A stretch of DNA of 64,000 bases from Ruditapes philippinarum (taxonomy: Eukaryota), in the NCBI RefSeq assembly GCF_026571515.1, contig NW_026859820.1, positions 124,001 to 188,000 of the forward strand. Reading direction: 5' to 3'. A program made the translations under genes and the position numbers. Within the stretch, counting starts at the first letter, position 1. The number at the start of each line of letters is the position of its first letter. Under the pieces are notes generated by a model, which was not told where the DNA came from, searched no databases, and worked only from the letters and a program-made list of their open reading frames with translations. Below, one piece after another: positions 47,401-61,100 of this stretch.

Positions 47401-50400
47401 CACATTAGTAAACATAACAAATATAATGAGCCGAGTCACGACAAAACCAACATAATGGGTTTGCGACCAGCATGGATCCAGACCAGACTGAGCATCCGCA
47501 TAGTCTGATCATGATCCATGCTGTTTGCTATCAGTTTCTCTACTTGTAATAGACTTGGTTTGCGAACAGCATGGATCCTGATCAGACTGCGCGGATGCAA
47601 CGGCTGGTCTGGATCCATGCTGGTCGCAAACCCATTATGTTGGTTTTGTCTTGACGTGGCTCATATCTAATAGAATATCTATATCCGATCAGCAATTGTT
47701 TGAAATCACTCTTTTTTGATTTTGTTTCAGTGTTGTTATGTTTTTTCCTAGTCCTCCGGGATCATTGATTCTGGCAAATTTAGTGTTGAAGATTTAATAC
47801 TGCATAAGCCGGTGCTAGGGGGCGTGTGGGATGTTACACTTTTCGAATATAAGATAGCATACAATTTTACATTTACAAAATATTAATTATAAAAAGAGTC
47901 CTTCAAAATATTCACCATTGACCTATACACACTTTTCCATTCTCAAAATCCATTCCGAAAAAGTTTTTTCGAAATATTCTTTGAATATACTGCTTATGCA
48001 CTGGTAAAGAGCGCTTCCGATAGCACTACGGGTGTCGAACCTGCGATCGAGAAGGCAAACTTTTATCTATGGATTTTATTCTCTGCTTATCTAAATAAGC
48101 TTGAACCAAGGCTGACTGGTGCGCAGATGAATTATCAAATTGATTTACTAAAGCAGTGAGAACATGGAGGAAAACACATATGATACATATATACTTAGGC
48201 CTGATATGTCACTTATTTCCTCCGCGGTATATCTTGCATCTTCATCAACTATGGCTTTGGCAGTGCTTATGTTTTTTCAGAGGTAGCATGAATTTTCCGC
48301 CCAGGGCGGGATTGTCCTTAACATTAGTTCTACCTTCCTTTAACATTAACACCAACCTGGCATTTATATGTTATGGAAAGACATTTTCTATATCAACTAA
48401 ATCTACATCCGTTTTTTAATATGTTCTGACGCGCATTTTCCAAATAAGCCACGCATTTTGCAATAAAAAAATTGCTCCTCTCTCAGATCACAATGCAACT
48501 CAGCTATGTTAACAACGCACGTGCAAATCGTGCGAAAATAGACTGCTGGTTTAAAAAATCAATTTTCTTTCCAACTGTATATTATACATGCACGTTCAAG
48601 TTAATTTGAGCTTAATAAAACATGCCGACGGCAAAATATGTAGATAAAGTGGTATTTCAACTTCCGTTCAAAGTACTTATTCCTTGTATTTCTTAACTGA
48701 ATAAATTGCAAAAAAAACCCAGAGGAAATAAGGTCTCAGCTATATGGAGAATGAATGACGTTTTTGAAATTGTATCTGTTACTTGTTTTCGTCATACTAT
48801 ACCAGCTAACAATAACATTAATAGCATTTTAGGTCCGCCAAAGCTCCTTGCCGCCAGTTCTTGTTGCTGGATCGTGTGAGGGTTGCGTTCATTGAACGCC
48901 TCCTTTCCTTGTTGATCATGTTTATCATTTAATGAGCCTTTAAGTTAAGTAACTTGAGTTTCTGTAGAATTTCTTTCAATACAATATCACCAAACAACAT
49001 AGTGATTCTTATAATGTAATATCAATGTCTAGATGTTAAACTTACAAACATTGGAGAAAATGATTCCATGCAGGCGACAGCATTGTCTAGAGCTAATGAA
49101 GAAAACGCTTACAATTTGTGATTTCAGATCATCCGATTTTACGTTACTTGGCCTGTCCAACGTTGTGAACGCTGCGTTTTGTATCTCCTTGACGAAACAA
49201 TCAAGTAACAAGTACACGTACTTTATTCAAACATGTAAGTATATCTTCAAATCTTTTTACAGACACGTATAAGTTGTTGTTTTTTTTTGGTATGGACCTA
49301 TTTTTTTTTATACATGTATACAATTTCGAACAGTTATTATGACGTCGGTTTGCATGCTGATAGTAAAAACGTGACACTTGTCTTATGAACCATCAATATC
49401 ACGCCTAAAATGTCACTTTTTGAGATCTTCTCGGGGCAGAAAAACAATACAAAATACTGTACAAATATCATTTTCTTAAATATATCATTGTTTTTATGGG
49501 ATTAAGTATACAGCCGACTCATTCAAGTGAGTAATCAATACATGGGAATGTTTTCTAGGACATAATTTAATATTCTTTTCATAAATTGAAACACGTGTTT
49601 GAATATATTGAAATTCATGGAGTTTCACTTTACGTAAGAAGTATTGATGTTTACTTATTAGAATAAGCCGATTGTACGCGTTTTCTCATATAAAACAATG
49701 ATATAGTATAAAGGTTCAGAAAGAAAATACTACACAAAAACCGTTCGTTGTTTGTATTGGGTTTCTTACCCTTGGAGAACATACACATACGTGAAATAGA
49801 AATAGGCATTTACATATCTTTACCTTTAGACCATATGTTCACGGTCAGGTCTGTAACGTTAAAGTGAATTTTCCTTCTTTTACCACTATAAGCAATGTCC
49901 CTTTTTTCAAGTATATTGTATAGGGACATTCATCGGCGTTACTAAACACTATTTCTGTTTTCTTCTTCGAGGAATTCAATGTTTTGCTTTGACTTACAAA
50001 TTTTCATATTCGTAAAGGTAATATCATTAAAGACGATCCGTTTAAGGAAAATAAGATAAATCTTTTGCCAATGGAGTTGTTATTTCTCTCCTTATTCTAC
50101 CATATATGGTTTATATGGAACTTTCGTGTAATATTAAACTTATTATTCTAATGATATAACTTTAATTTCAAATAACTTACTGCTTCTGTTGATATTTATA
50201 TTATATTTTATGTCCTGCAGCGCAGCTTGCCGATGCCAATTATGAACGTGTAATGTTTCTGCAGTCATCTGACGTAATCTCGTCAGTAAATGACGTTTGC
50301 AACGATACGTCAACCGTCAACGTTCCACAAGAGACAAAGCTTCTAGTGAAATTCGGTAAGTCCGTAAAATCTTTCAACAATACTTTTTCTACATATATAA

Positions 50401-53400
50401 AGCAATCTTTTATTAGCATTTATAATGTTTCAATTACACACTGTTTGGTAGTATTCCAATATACCATTGCAAATACGTTGCTTACTTTTTCTTATAAATG
50501 TTTTTCACTTCTTTTTCATTATCGGCGTCTTACAAATAGTCAAGCATGTATTTGTTAACACACAAACATATTGTGGGTCTTACCCTGTTGCACGGCTTAG
50601 NNNNNNNNNNNNNNNNNNNNNNNNNNNNNNNNNNNNNNNNNNNNNNNNNNNNNNNNNNNNNNNNNNNNNNNNNNNNNNNNNNNNNNNNNNNNNNNNNNNN
50701 NNNNNNNNNNNNNNNNNNNNNNNNNNNNNNNNNNNNNNNNNNNNNNNNNNNNNNNNNNNNNNNNNNNNNNNNNNNNNNNNNNNNNNNNNNNNNNNNNNNN
50801 NNNNNNNNNNNNNNNNNTTTTTTTAACATCTTAACAGAATTTTTACTTAAATGAGACTCACTGTAGATATGATTTTTTATTCTTTTGGAAATGGTTTGAA
50901 AACAAACTTTATTGCTAAAGACAGATGCCCAATTAAAAAAATAATGTTTTTGATTGTCAGTTCACAGGGCGGATCAAGACGTAAGACAGTGTCTGATCAC
51001 AAAGTGTTTGTGACTAAACACTTTAATAGGAATATTTAAATTAGTGCAGTCTACAATGGACACATTTTCCATTAGTATTTCAAAGATCATTAAATTATAG
51101 AAATGCATTAATTGGATATTCGTTTAATATGTTGCTCGAAAATAAAACGTTGATAAAGTTTTAAGCGATTTACCATAAATATCTATGTGATGAATAGAAT
51201 ATTTTGTTCTAGAACATTTTATCATCTGTTATATAAATATATGTAATATCGGATTATTATGTAGCACACAAGCGCCAACAACATCCATGTATAATCCTTT
51301 CGTGGTTCGTTGTTATTATGTAATGCTAGATATGTTCAACGTAATTATTCATTGTATAACAGACCTTTCATTTTATATAGACCAATTCACTTTAATGTTT
51401 TCATTTTGATTTTAAAGGGGAAGCAGTAAATGAGGCTGTCAGATGTCCGAACGATATACTAGGAACTTATTGGTACTATAATCATACAACTTGCACCGAG
51501 AGTTATTGGGACGTATGCTCAGTGACGTCACAGATGACGTTTAATTATACGATGTGCTCAGAAAAGCAGTTTTTCTCCGGTAAAAAAATAAATATAAAAA
51601 AAATCTATGATTTCGTGTTGCTTTTAGACTTAATTAATCTATGTCTGTGTGCTTTTTGTGCTGTTAATGCATCGGTTTTGTTTATATTTGAACGGGAAAC
51701 GTTTGTGCAATTTCATACTTTAAGATGAACATTTTCACGACGAAAAATTAACGATTATTCAACTTCGAAATCATGACCATATAAGCATCTGTATTACATC
51801 TGAAAGAAACTGTGTATCAGATAGGATAATATTTTGTTTTATTTCTTTTTAAAGCATTGATTTAATTTTACATAGGTAATGATGCCATTCAAAAAACTAT
51901 ATTGACATACTTTCTAGTTACCACAGGTTTCGTTTCCAGTGATAATCAACTTCACTTAAAACACATAATTTCTTTTGTTCAGATACGTCAACAGTGAATT
52001 AATGTATATCATCACATTTGATTTCAAACGTCAAATTTTATTTGAACTTTATATGACCTTTCAGCGGGAGGTGTTGTTCGTTGTCTGTACAACGTTGAAG
52101 ATAATGACGACACAGTGACGTATATATATAATGAAGATTCGACTGTTGATAACAGCGCCACCTATCAGTATTCATGCATGGTAAATACGAAATTCAGAAC
52201 ATTATAAATCTTACAATTCCATATATGTTATAACTAATTGACAATTTGTATTTGAAAGGACCCTTTTGGAAAGTGTTTGCTTTTTCCGTTGAAATCTTCC
52301 TTTCGTTGAATCTTACCTTCTGTTCGTGCTATATTCTCTGTTCGGTTATCTGCAGATAAGCTTTCAAATCTGGTTGCTCTGGTTGCACATTATACAATTT
52401 TTCTATGATAGGCTTTTTATGTACATAAAATGTCACTATTCATAAAACACAGTTATATTTTTATATTAAGCTAGGCTTTCTCTTCCGACAGTTGAAAGTC
52501 GTAAAACTTGAACCACTTAACCTAACCTCTTCTGGTAAAAATCTCACCAGAGACACAGGAAACAGCTATCCAATTACCGTTCGAAACGTCAATGGTTCTA
52601 AGTACTGTGAACTGATTTTGACATGCAAAATGGTGCACGTGATGTCCTGCATTAATGGTTAAGTCGGGAAGTCAACATGTGACCTTACTAATGTTGATAT
52701 GGGTCATAGTTAATAACTTTAATTCAAATTCATTTGTTTTCTTTATCTACAGATAGTGAAGAAGGACAGCAGCGACGGACTTGTGTACGTCACACAGTAT
52801 CCAAGAGACTGTCTTAGTAACCAGACATCTACATATGTCGTAAGCTCTGGACATTCAAACGTCCTCTCTGCCAATGGTAAAAATTCATTTTTACATTTAC
52901 TTCACTTACATAAAATTATTTAAATTGTATTGAATTAATTCAAAGTGATAAAATGAAGAACAGTTCAGAAGGAATGGAGCAATAGGAATAGGCAGGTGCA
53001 TGTTCAACTGTCAGTAACTACCAGTAGACATTTTCTCTTATACACATTATGAGCACAGAATAGCACCTTAGGCCCTAAACCACAATTTAAGCTGGAAAGT
53101 CGCCATATGATCATACAATGTTGATGCAACGTAAATCCCAATCAAATAAACAACACAAAAAAAATTCATACTATCGCATATGACATATGCAAGCTGTTTT
53201 AAAATTACCCTGATTCTTTATTTCTTCTGCTTAGATTAAACTCTTGGTGATATTTTCTGTGATCTGTATATGTTAAAGTCTTCCTGTGATATTGTCATTT
53301 TGTACGGTTTTATGTATTGTGATATGTTATAATCTTTACACAAAGACCATTTTCTCATGGGGTGTTTTGTTTTATATATATTTACAGTAACCTGTGGTAA

Positions 53401-54405
53401 GTAAGCCCATTATATATTTTAGGAATACTATGATGTACAATAACATGTTTTTGTTTTAAATGAAATTGTCTATATTAGAAACATAGTATATTTTATTTTA
53501 TAAAAGTAAATTGAATTCATACCAGGAAAGAAATATAATGCCGTTTCATTTTATAAAGTATTTATATAACGTATTACGTTACAGAAATATGACTCATAGA
53601 ATATGTGTCGAAGTTATAAAAGAACTTTCTAATTGACATTCAATATGACACAATTCAATCCACGTCAGTAACAATGGAAATGACATATTTCTTTTTAGAT
53701 TCAACTCTTTATAGATAAAGTTCGTGTACTCACAATCAAAGAACGTACATATACGTCAATGTTGATATTTCAAGTAAATGTGTATGAAAAATCCATGCTA
53801 GCAAATATTAATAACGAATGTACTTTTATCAGCTAGCACAAAGAAGTGTCGAACAGTGCTTTATGTTCTGTTACTGATATATGGGCTATATAGGGTATCT
53901 CTTATGATCTAATAATTGTTAAGTCACAATTGCTAATGTTTCAGTTCCTACCTCGGATACCAGTGTTTCTCAAGCTGGTCTAATAGCTGGGCTGGTAGTC
54001 TTATTTATCATCCTACTTGGGGCGGGCGGGGCCGCGATTGGTTACTACATATATACCAAGAAGTTTAAAAAGATCGATCCGGAGAAGCAAGTGATTGATA
54101 AAGAGAAAACCATGGACAGCAAAGATTCTCGTGCACTCGATACTGTGACGCCAAGCGTCGTAAAAACGGATATGACGTCGCCTAGAAATGGCGGCTCACA
54201 TGGTAAGATATCTCAAGTATTAGGACCTGAGTATACAATGACAAACGCGTGTGATGATGCGAAAGCAGAAGGTGAACTAACGGATGTTGATGATCAGGGA
54301 AGTCCCCGGAAACTACCCGCAATATCCACCGGAAATACACCAAGGGAAGCATTGTCTCCCTTAGATACTCAGCTGAAAAAGCCACAATTACCTCCAATTC
54401 CATAA
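41395..54405 (+). CDS. Uncharacterized Cys-rich type I membrane protein (~441 aa)
   Basis: Exons 41395-41440 (signal peptide MKYSVIFFFLLLLYI, tentative; alternative ATG at 41383), 45829-45994, 49128-49234, 50221-50355, 51418-51579, 52065-52180, 52753-52876, 53388-53396, 53945-54405. All GT-AG and phase-compatible (1326 nt). Two ectodomain modules start CTFPTDLTGIW and CPNDILGTY; TM AGLIAGLVVLFIILLGAGGAAIGYYIY; Pro-rich tail. Confidence 0.8.
41955..42200 (+). repeat. Old dispersed repeat (similar to 13930-14190)
   Basis: Colinear shared motifs with 13930-14190. Confidence 0.6.
44426..44461. repeat. (AATC)n microsatellite
   Basis: Direct reading. Confidence 0.95.
46060..46400. repeat. GC-rich element built of TTGTCG/CGACAA motifs in both orientations (probable transposon relic)
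   Basis: Many GTTGTCG and CGACAA(C) motifs and palindromes such as TTGTCGCTAGCGACAA. Confidence 0.5.
47427..47663. mobile_element. Palindromic MITE, copy 5
   Basis: TGAGCC...GGCTCA family. Confidence 0.9.
50601..50817. other. Assembly gap (N run)
   Basis: Run of n within intron 4 of the Cys-rich membrane protein gene. Confidence 1.
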
Positions 54406-55101
54406 TTCTGGGTGTTGAGTTTTTGCAGAAATGTATGTTTCAGTATAAAAGGAGACATTGCAAAGGTTTTTAGTATGTCTTTCACTTTAATGAAGCACAT
54501 GTTATATGTTCACAGTTTTGTTCTATTATTCGTTGACCTGATCTTTTTTGTCTTTAAGTATATCATATAATTGCAAAGTAGAAAGTAATAGAAATGGAAA
54601 TGCTCTAAACGTTTTCCTCCAATATATTTTAGTGTTAACAAATTGCAAATCTTTTTTGCACAAGTCGGATTACTTTGATTACAGATGCCTTTTTACATAT
54701 CCGACAAAACCTTTGTATTGGGTATGTTTTTGTATTAGACATTAAGCCAAACGGAAATAATTCAATTAAGGTCTATTGTGTATTTGTTGCATTTGAATAC
54801 CATTTATCCATTATCTGTTTGTACCAGTTACGTCTATGTGTGTTGTTATAATAATGCACTCTTTTACCAAAGGTACACATTTTTCTTTCTTTTTTATTGA
54901 TTTACGGAAAGAATAAACTTTCTTTGATAAAACGCTCGTATATTTATAACAGATTGGTCTACAATTAGCATAATTATATTCAATAAGTATTGCAGATATT
55001 GACGTATCATTTGCATATATTTATAAAATATTTCTGTAAAAAAAAATTGAAGGCACTTTAAATGATTGAGTATGAACATTTATATGATGAATAATAATAT
55101 T

Positions 55102-55338
55102 TGAGCCGCGTCACGACAAAACCAACATAATGGGTTTGCGACCAGTATGGATCCAGACCAGTCTGCGCATCCGCACAGTCTGATCAGGATCCATGCTGTT
55201 CGCTATCAGTTTCTCTACTTGTAATAGAGTTGGTAAGCGAACAGCATGGATCCTGGTCAGACTGCGCAGATGCGTAGGCTGGTCTGGATCCATGCTGGTC
55301 GCAAACGCAATATGTTGGTTTTGTCATGACACGGCTCA
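55102..55338. mobile_element. Palindromic MITE, copy 6
   Basis: TGAGCC...GGCTCA family. Confidence 0.9.
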
Positions 55339-56850
55339 TATCTTTTTTAAACAATTGATAATCTGCAATATGTAGGAGCATGTGTCTTACAAAAAACCTT
55401 CCATAACTTTTCTTGCTTGTACTAAATAATATCAACTTAATTTTTTTATGGTTTAATAGACCTTCCATTGTGGACCAACTCAAACAAATGAATAAAAATA
55501 AAAACATACTAGAGCTACAAAATTAATTACTTAAACATGGTTCGTTATTTATATTTCTTATAATGTAAGTGAATGGAATGACTGTTATGTGATAGCGATA
55601 TATCAATGTTTGAATGTTAATTATTTGATTGTTTTGATGATTTATTTGTTTTCTACGTAACACTGTTCTAACTTTGTCTTTTGATAAATAAACCTATACC
55701 AACACCAAATAACGTCTCTTGTGTGTTTTACCCCCTTACAATGTTGCTACAAAACGCCTTTGCAAAGTCTCTGATATATACTGATTGTATGTCTAAAGTT
55801 TAAACTTTGATATGAAACATTTAAACAAACAAATATCAAAACAAAAAGGCATTATCTCTTTTATTTATGGACACTCTTAGAAAAGTTAAAACTGTTTGTC
55901 CATTAGTGACGCTTTGCCATTTCCATAAATGTTTAATTGAGTAACAGAAACTTGTGAAGAATAACAGAATATTATACAATCTACTTACCATGTTAATGTA
56001 TTATCATTATTCAAACGTTATCTATGTAATTTTCTTTTTGAAAATTTAGTTGAACATTTGTGATAAACAAGGTTCCTTCTTTTATGAATTAGCTAGGCCA
56101 ACGGAGATTCAGTATTTTGCACATATGTTCCAATGATTTTTCGGATGATAAAGTAAACGAGTATAAATTACGGTGAATCTCAAAGACTGAAACCAATCAG
56201 TTCTGATGTTTAAGACAAAATCTGTAACCTAATAGCAGTTTAATAGACATTCGTTTTAGGCAATCCATTTATCATTTCAAAAATGTCGAAGTAAAAGGAG
56301 AAGCATATAATATACATTATCAAACATATTATCTATTCAATTTTGAAATTAGCAACTGAACATCACAGTCCATTTAGATAAGACCATAACCATTCAGAAC
56401 GTCCTCGAACCATTTGAACAAGCCACTTTAAGTAAGCAAAAAAATTGAAACAACAAAATGTAATAGAAAAAAGAGCGATAAAGAAATGCAACACTTGGAC
56501 TATATCGGCGAAAATAAATTATTAATGCAGAGCTAAAAGTGCATACATATTTTCTCAGTCAATTGTCATTTATTCTTATTAAGTAGGAACAATTTGTTGT
56601 TGCTTCTAAAATGCTCTTATATCCTACGACCATGAAGACATTTAAAGCTTTTTGATTTTTTAAGCATTGTTTTTCTATTTTCCAAATTACTATTCAAGCC
56701 CTTGCTTTTGATTATGAAATAAATGAATATGTTATACATGTATGTTAATTTACGCCCGTAGGCATTTTGTTAGCATTATTACACTTCGTACAAAGTTTGA
56801 CGAGTGTTGCTACTTATTTCTTATAGCACGATAGCCATCTTCTCTGGTAG

Positions 56851-58191
56851 AAATACCCTGCAATTAAACTTTCACCACATACTGTAGGGAAACGCCGACA
56901 CAAGCGCATTGGTATCAAGAAAGTCGACGGCCCTGCAGTACCTCTTCCCCCTGTCAAAATAAAATCAAGATATCGTAGAAACTTTGCCTCAAAATCCTTA
57001 ATCACCCCAAGAGATATCCGACCACCTACAAGAAAACAGTCAGATGTAGGTAATAAACAACCTGATCAGCAACCTGATGATAATCGCGATAATGCACCAA
57101 TTGTCGACACTGCACCACCTGATTTACAATTAGCTCTCGCACGAGAAGACACATTTACAGGACAATCTAGATGTAGCACAGCATTTGAAGATAAAATCGA
57201 ATTCACTCTTCAAAAAGAAAAACCAAACCTTTCAATAAAGAGCATAAAACGCCCATCAAAGAGTAGACAGTCTAGTATAATACAAAATAGCGCCAGGAAA
57301 CTAAATTCAAGGCAAAGCATTAAGAGTCGAAATGGAAAGAAAGAACCAAACAGTGCAAGGTCTTCACAGAAGAATATTGGCTTGACAGTTAAGTCGCTCC
57401 AAAGCGATAAGAATAGCTACGTTAAACATGCTAAAGCTGTTTATAAAGACAGAAATGTGATATACAGAAAGAAAATTAAACTAAAAGGAAAAATTAAGAA
57501 GAAAAAATCAATAAAATCGGCAACAAGCATAAAGCTTGATAAGATAACAAAAGAAGACATTATTGGAAAGCCAAAGGAAATTTCTGAAGAAAAAACTGTA
57601 AAAGATATTCATGTTTGTCCGGAATGTACAATAGAAGATATTACAGATAAAGTACCCGATAAAATTCAGAATGATGAAAGTGAGAAGCCAATTGTAGAAA
57701 TTAAAGAAGCATTTATTGAAAAACCTGAAGAACCTCCTACACCTGTAGACGTGTTACCGGTAACTAGTCCAAAGTCAGCTGATGAAAATTTCTTTATGTG
57801 TTCAAATGATGAGGACAACGAGTATGCTGAATTCATGGAAAAAAGAAAGAAAGAACAGGAAATGATAGAAAGGGCAGAAAAACAAAAGTATTTAAATTTT
57901 TCAATGAACTTAGTTAAAAGTATTCCAAAAGTTTCAAAGAAAAGTAAGGTAAATAAATCTTCCGATAAAAATCCAATAACATCGTTGATGCAAAATGTGG
58001 AGTCGTTTGCTCGATTTAGTGTTCTCCGTAAAAAGTTTTCATTGAAAAGCAAAAATGACGTTTCGAAGGAGAGAAAAGAAGCGGTGATAGAACAGAAAGT
58101 ATTAACACAAGTTTACTTCAACTATAATTTAAAATCCAAATCTAGACTACAACTTCGACGCCAACGCACAAGACCGTCTGTTGTTTTTTAA
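56851..58191 (+). CDS. Large coding exon (446 codons) of a Lys/Arg/Ser-rich uncharacterized protein; 5' end unresolved
   Basis: The frame of track ORF 57382-58191 is stop-free back to the TAG at 56848-56850 (KYPAIKLSPHTVGKRRHKRIGIKK...). No ATG until ~57796. Confidence 0.65.
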   Translation, partial: KYPAIKLSPHTVGKRRHKRIGIKKVDGPAVPLPPVKIKSRYRRNFASKSLITPRDIRPPTRKQSDVGNKQPDQQPDDNRDNAPIVDTAPPDLQLALAREDTFTGQSRCSTAFEDKIEFTLQKEKPNLSIKSIKRPSKSRQSSIIQNSARKLNSRQSIKSRNGKKEPNSARSSQKNIGLTVKSLQSDKNSYVKHAKAVYKDRNVIYRKKIKLKGKIKKKKSIKSATSIKLDKITKEDIIGKPKEISEEKTVKDIHVCPECTIEDITDKVPDKIQNDESEKPIVEIKEAFIEKPEEPPTPVDVLPVTSPKSADENFFMCSNDEDNEYAEFMEKRKKEQEMIERAEKQKYLNFSMNLVKSIPKVSKKSKVNKSSDKNPITSLMQNVESFARFSVLRKKFSLKSKNDVSKERKEAVIEQKVLTQVYFNYNLKSKSRLQLRRQRTRPSVVF

Positions 58192-61100
58192 AAAAGACAC
58201 TTGAAAGGTTTTCCAAACTTTTTTTAGGGAAAATTGGGGTTGAAGCAGTGACGCATAAATGCCACTATAAAAAAAACAAATTACAAGAACTACATCAATT
58301 ATGATAATGTTAAAAATCTGCGATATAAAGTGGGCTAAGTAGCATTTTGCATGACCATTACGAGACATTATTAATTGCCTTTTTTGTACAAGTGCGTTAA
58401 TTTATATAACTTAATATAATGATCAGATGTCTTTGTTTTCGCATTGCTGGCGAATTTCGACAACATATTGCTCTGACCCCGTCTTTATATAGTATCAAAA
58501 TTTTTGAATTTCGGTAATTTCTTTATTTGTTACACTTATCTGAACACTACTTACTGCGGACTGAACGACAAAAGATAAATGATGTGTTAGAGTGGATTTC
58601 GTAATTTCATACGATTAATCATGATTGTATAAAAATTGTGCTTGCTTGTTTTTTATTTGTTTTTATTTTGTTGATTTATTTTATAAAAAGATATATTTTA
58701 TTACTTTATTTTAAAATTATACAGTCGTATCTTTTTTTTGCTATCTTTTATATATCATTTATATAACATAACTTGTATGTCATTTCACAACAAAATGAGA
58801 TTATTTGAAACAATTTCTAACAAGTATAAAATAACATGTTCAACTTAAATAGTCGTAGTATTGTCTGCATAAAGCTATAAAAAGAGAGCGTTTTTTTTTC
58901 TAATCTTTATCCTGAAAATATGGGATAAAAGCATCCTCGAGAGATGTACATGTTGGAAAATTGTAGTTACTATAACAAAAAATGTTATCGTATCAGTTCA
59001 ATGATATACTGTTTTGTCTATTGTATCTTTGATAAGATAATCTTGATATATGTTAATTTATCATCATGATCACCATTCCCTGATTATTAAACTGCGGTAC
59101 ATTTTCTGTTTCCTCAGAATGTCATTGTTTCTATTTGTTTATTATTAAATTTGATGCTTTATAAAATAAATGTTGCTAAAAATGTGTGTTAAAAATTTCA
59201 CCATATCCATGTTGAATTTTGCTTAAGCCGGTGCTAGGGGCGTGGTCGGTAGTTTGCACTTGACAGCACCAAATATGAACAGGCTCAATCAAACCGAGCC
59301 CGCAACATTTTCAATATTGCAGTCTTGGACTTTCTTTAGTGATTCTTATTTTGTCTATTAAATTGCTTTCTAGCGTTAAACAAATCATTTGACCACAGAT
59401 GTTTTTGTGTTATTGGATCACGTTATCAGAAATAAGACATGCTGCGATTGTATTCTTTATTTTGCACACATACCACAATAAATGTAAACTACACTACTGT
59501 TTGGTAGCTGAAAAAATATAAAATTAATTAATTAATAAATAAAAAATAAATTACCGAAGGTAACTCGATAGGATGAATCCGATCTTTCTTGCGGCCCTCA
59601 TAAATAGTTTGAAACAGAATTGCGTATTTAAGACAGAAATTGTACAACATTAAAATAAAATGATATAACGTTTTAGGAACATTTTAATCATAATATGTAG
59701 CTTCATAGTGGCTGCTTTTTATTCTTTCTTTACAAATGTATCAAAATTGCATTATTATTTATATTATTTAGAAAACGCGAATATCTTTATCAGCAAGTAC
59801 ATCGTTACACACTTGAACTACTTGATTTTAATTTTTGAATTGGAAATTTAACAAAAGATACTTTTTTCTACACGTTTAATATTTGCATCCAAAAGACACC
59901 CAAAGTAAGCAAACTTTATCAAATATTTGGGTAAGCATGCAAATTTTATGATAAGTTTAAGTTCTTGACACAAAATTAGGTATTTTTTTATTTTTTAAAT
60001 CAGACCTTTTTGTGAATTTGGTCGTACTAGCAATTTTTTTATCTCAATAAACCAGCCGTAATATTTCAATTATGTCGTTTTTTATGTCCTTTTTGAATTG
60101 TTTTTTTCCTCGCTCAGTTGGGGGAATAAAACAAAGCAACCAAAATATTTTTTGTTTCCAATAAAAAAAGGAACGTTTTTATTTTTCACAAAACAATTGT
60201 TTACTGTTTTTGATAAAAACTGAATTTAATAAACATTTTCATTTTTTTGTTTAGATTTTACGCTATATCATTTAAGTTGACACCACTGCGCAACCTTTTC
60301 TAAATCATTCTACAGCATTTGTTGTATAAACATATATGTTTTTAAATTGGCATAATGTTCCGCTTACCCATGAGCAAGCATTTTGTGAAAAATGAAAAAA
60401 ATTTCATTGGAAAGCCTCCTGCTACAAGTTCAAACTGCTATGACACTGTAAAGAAGGCTTCAATACCGTTCAAACTTGGCAGACATGTTGACTGGACAAT
60501 AGCCTTTATAACAGCTTACTCAAACTTAAATTTCCTGTTACAACGAAAGGACTTCTCAACTTTGCCAAAAATCACGATTTTGCGTTGATTTTTCCATCAA
60601 AACTGATTTTAAAGTGCTTAAACTTCTGAATGAATAAAGATAGAGTAGATAAATTCCTTAAGGTAACCTGTAACCTTAAGCGTTTGTAACAGGTTACCTT
60701 AAGGTCGATCAGAATCCATTTTAGGCTCTCACAAGTCCAACATTTACTTGGAAATGAGGAATCTTCTGACCCCTTCAAGACCCCAAGCAGAAAGGAACCA
60801 TCCCCCTTTGGCAACCCCTTGATGAATCTTTTTGAAATGGGATGGCGCCAAAAAAGTTTGTTTACACCATTTTGCGAACAAAAACAAGTGTTTGGGGTCT
60901 AAATAGGGCATTTTGACAATATTTGATGCATCAAAGGTGATTGGGCAGTGAATGGGCATGAAAAGACATCTAGGTTAAAACTTAGAATATCGGCCAAACA
61001 GTCTTACACACATGTTTTTCAATAACATTAACAGAGAAAAACATAGAGAAAGAGGAACTTTAAAGAACTCAAACTCACTTTCTTTTTTCTATCCTTATTA

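Noticed and set aside
50467-50854. ORFs containing X runs
   Set aside because: Artefacts of the N gap.
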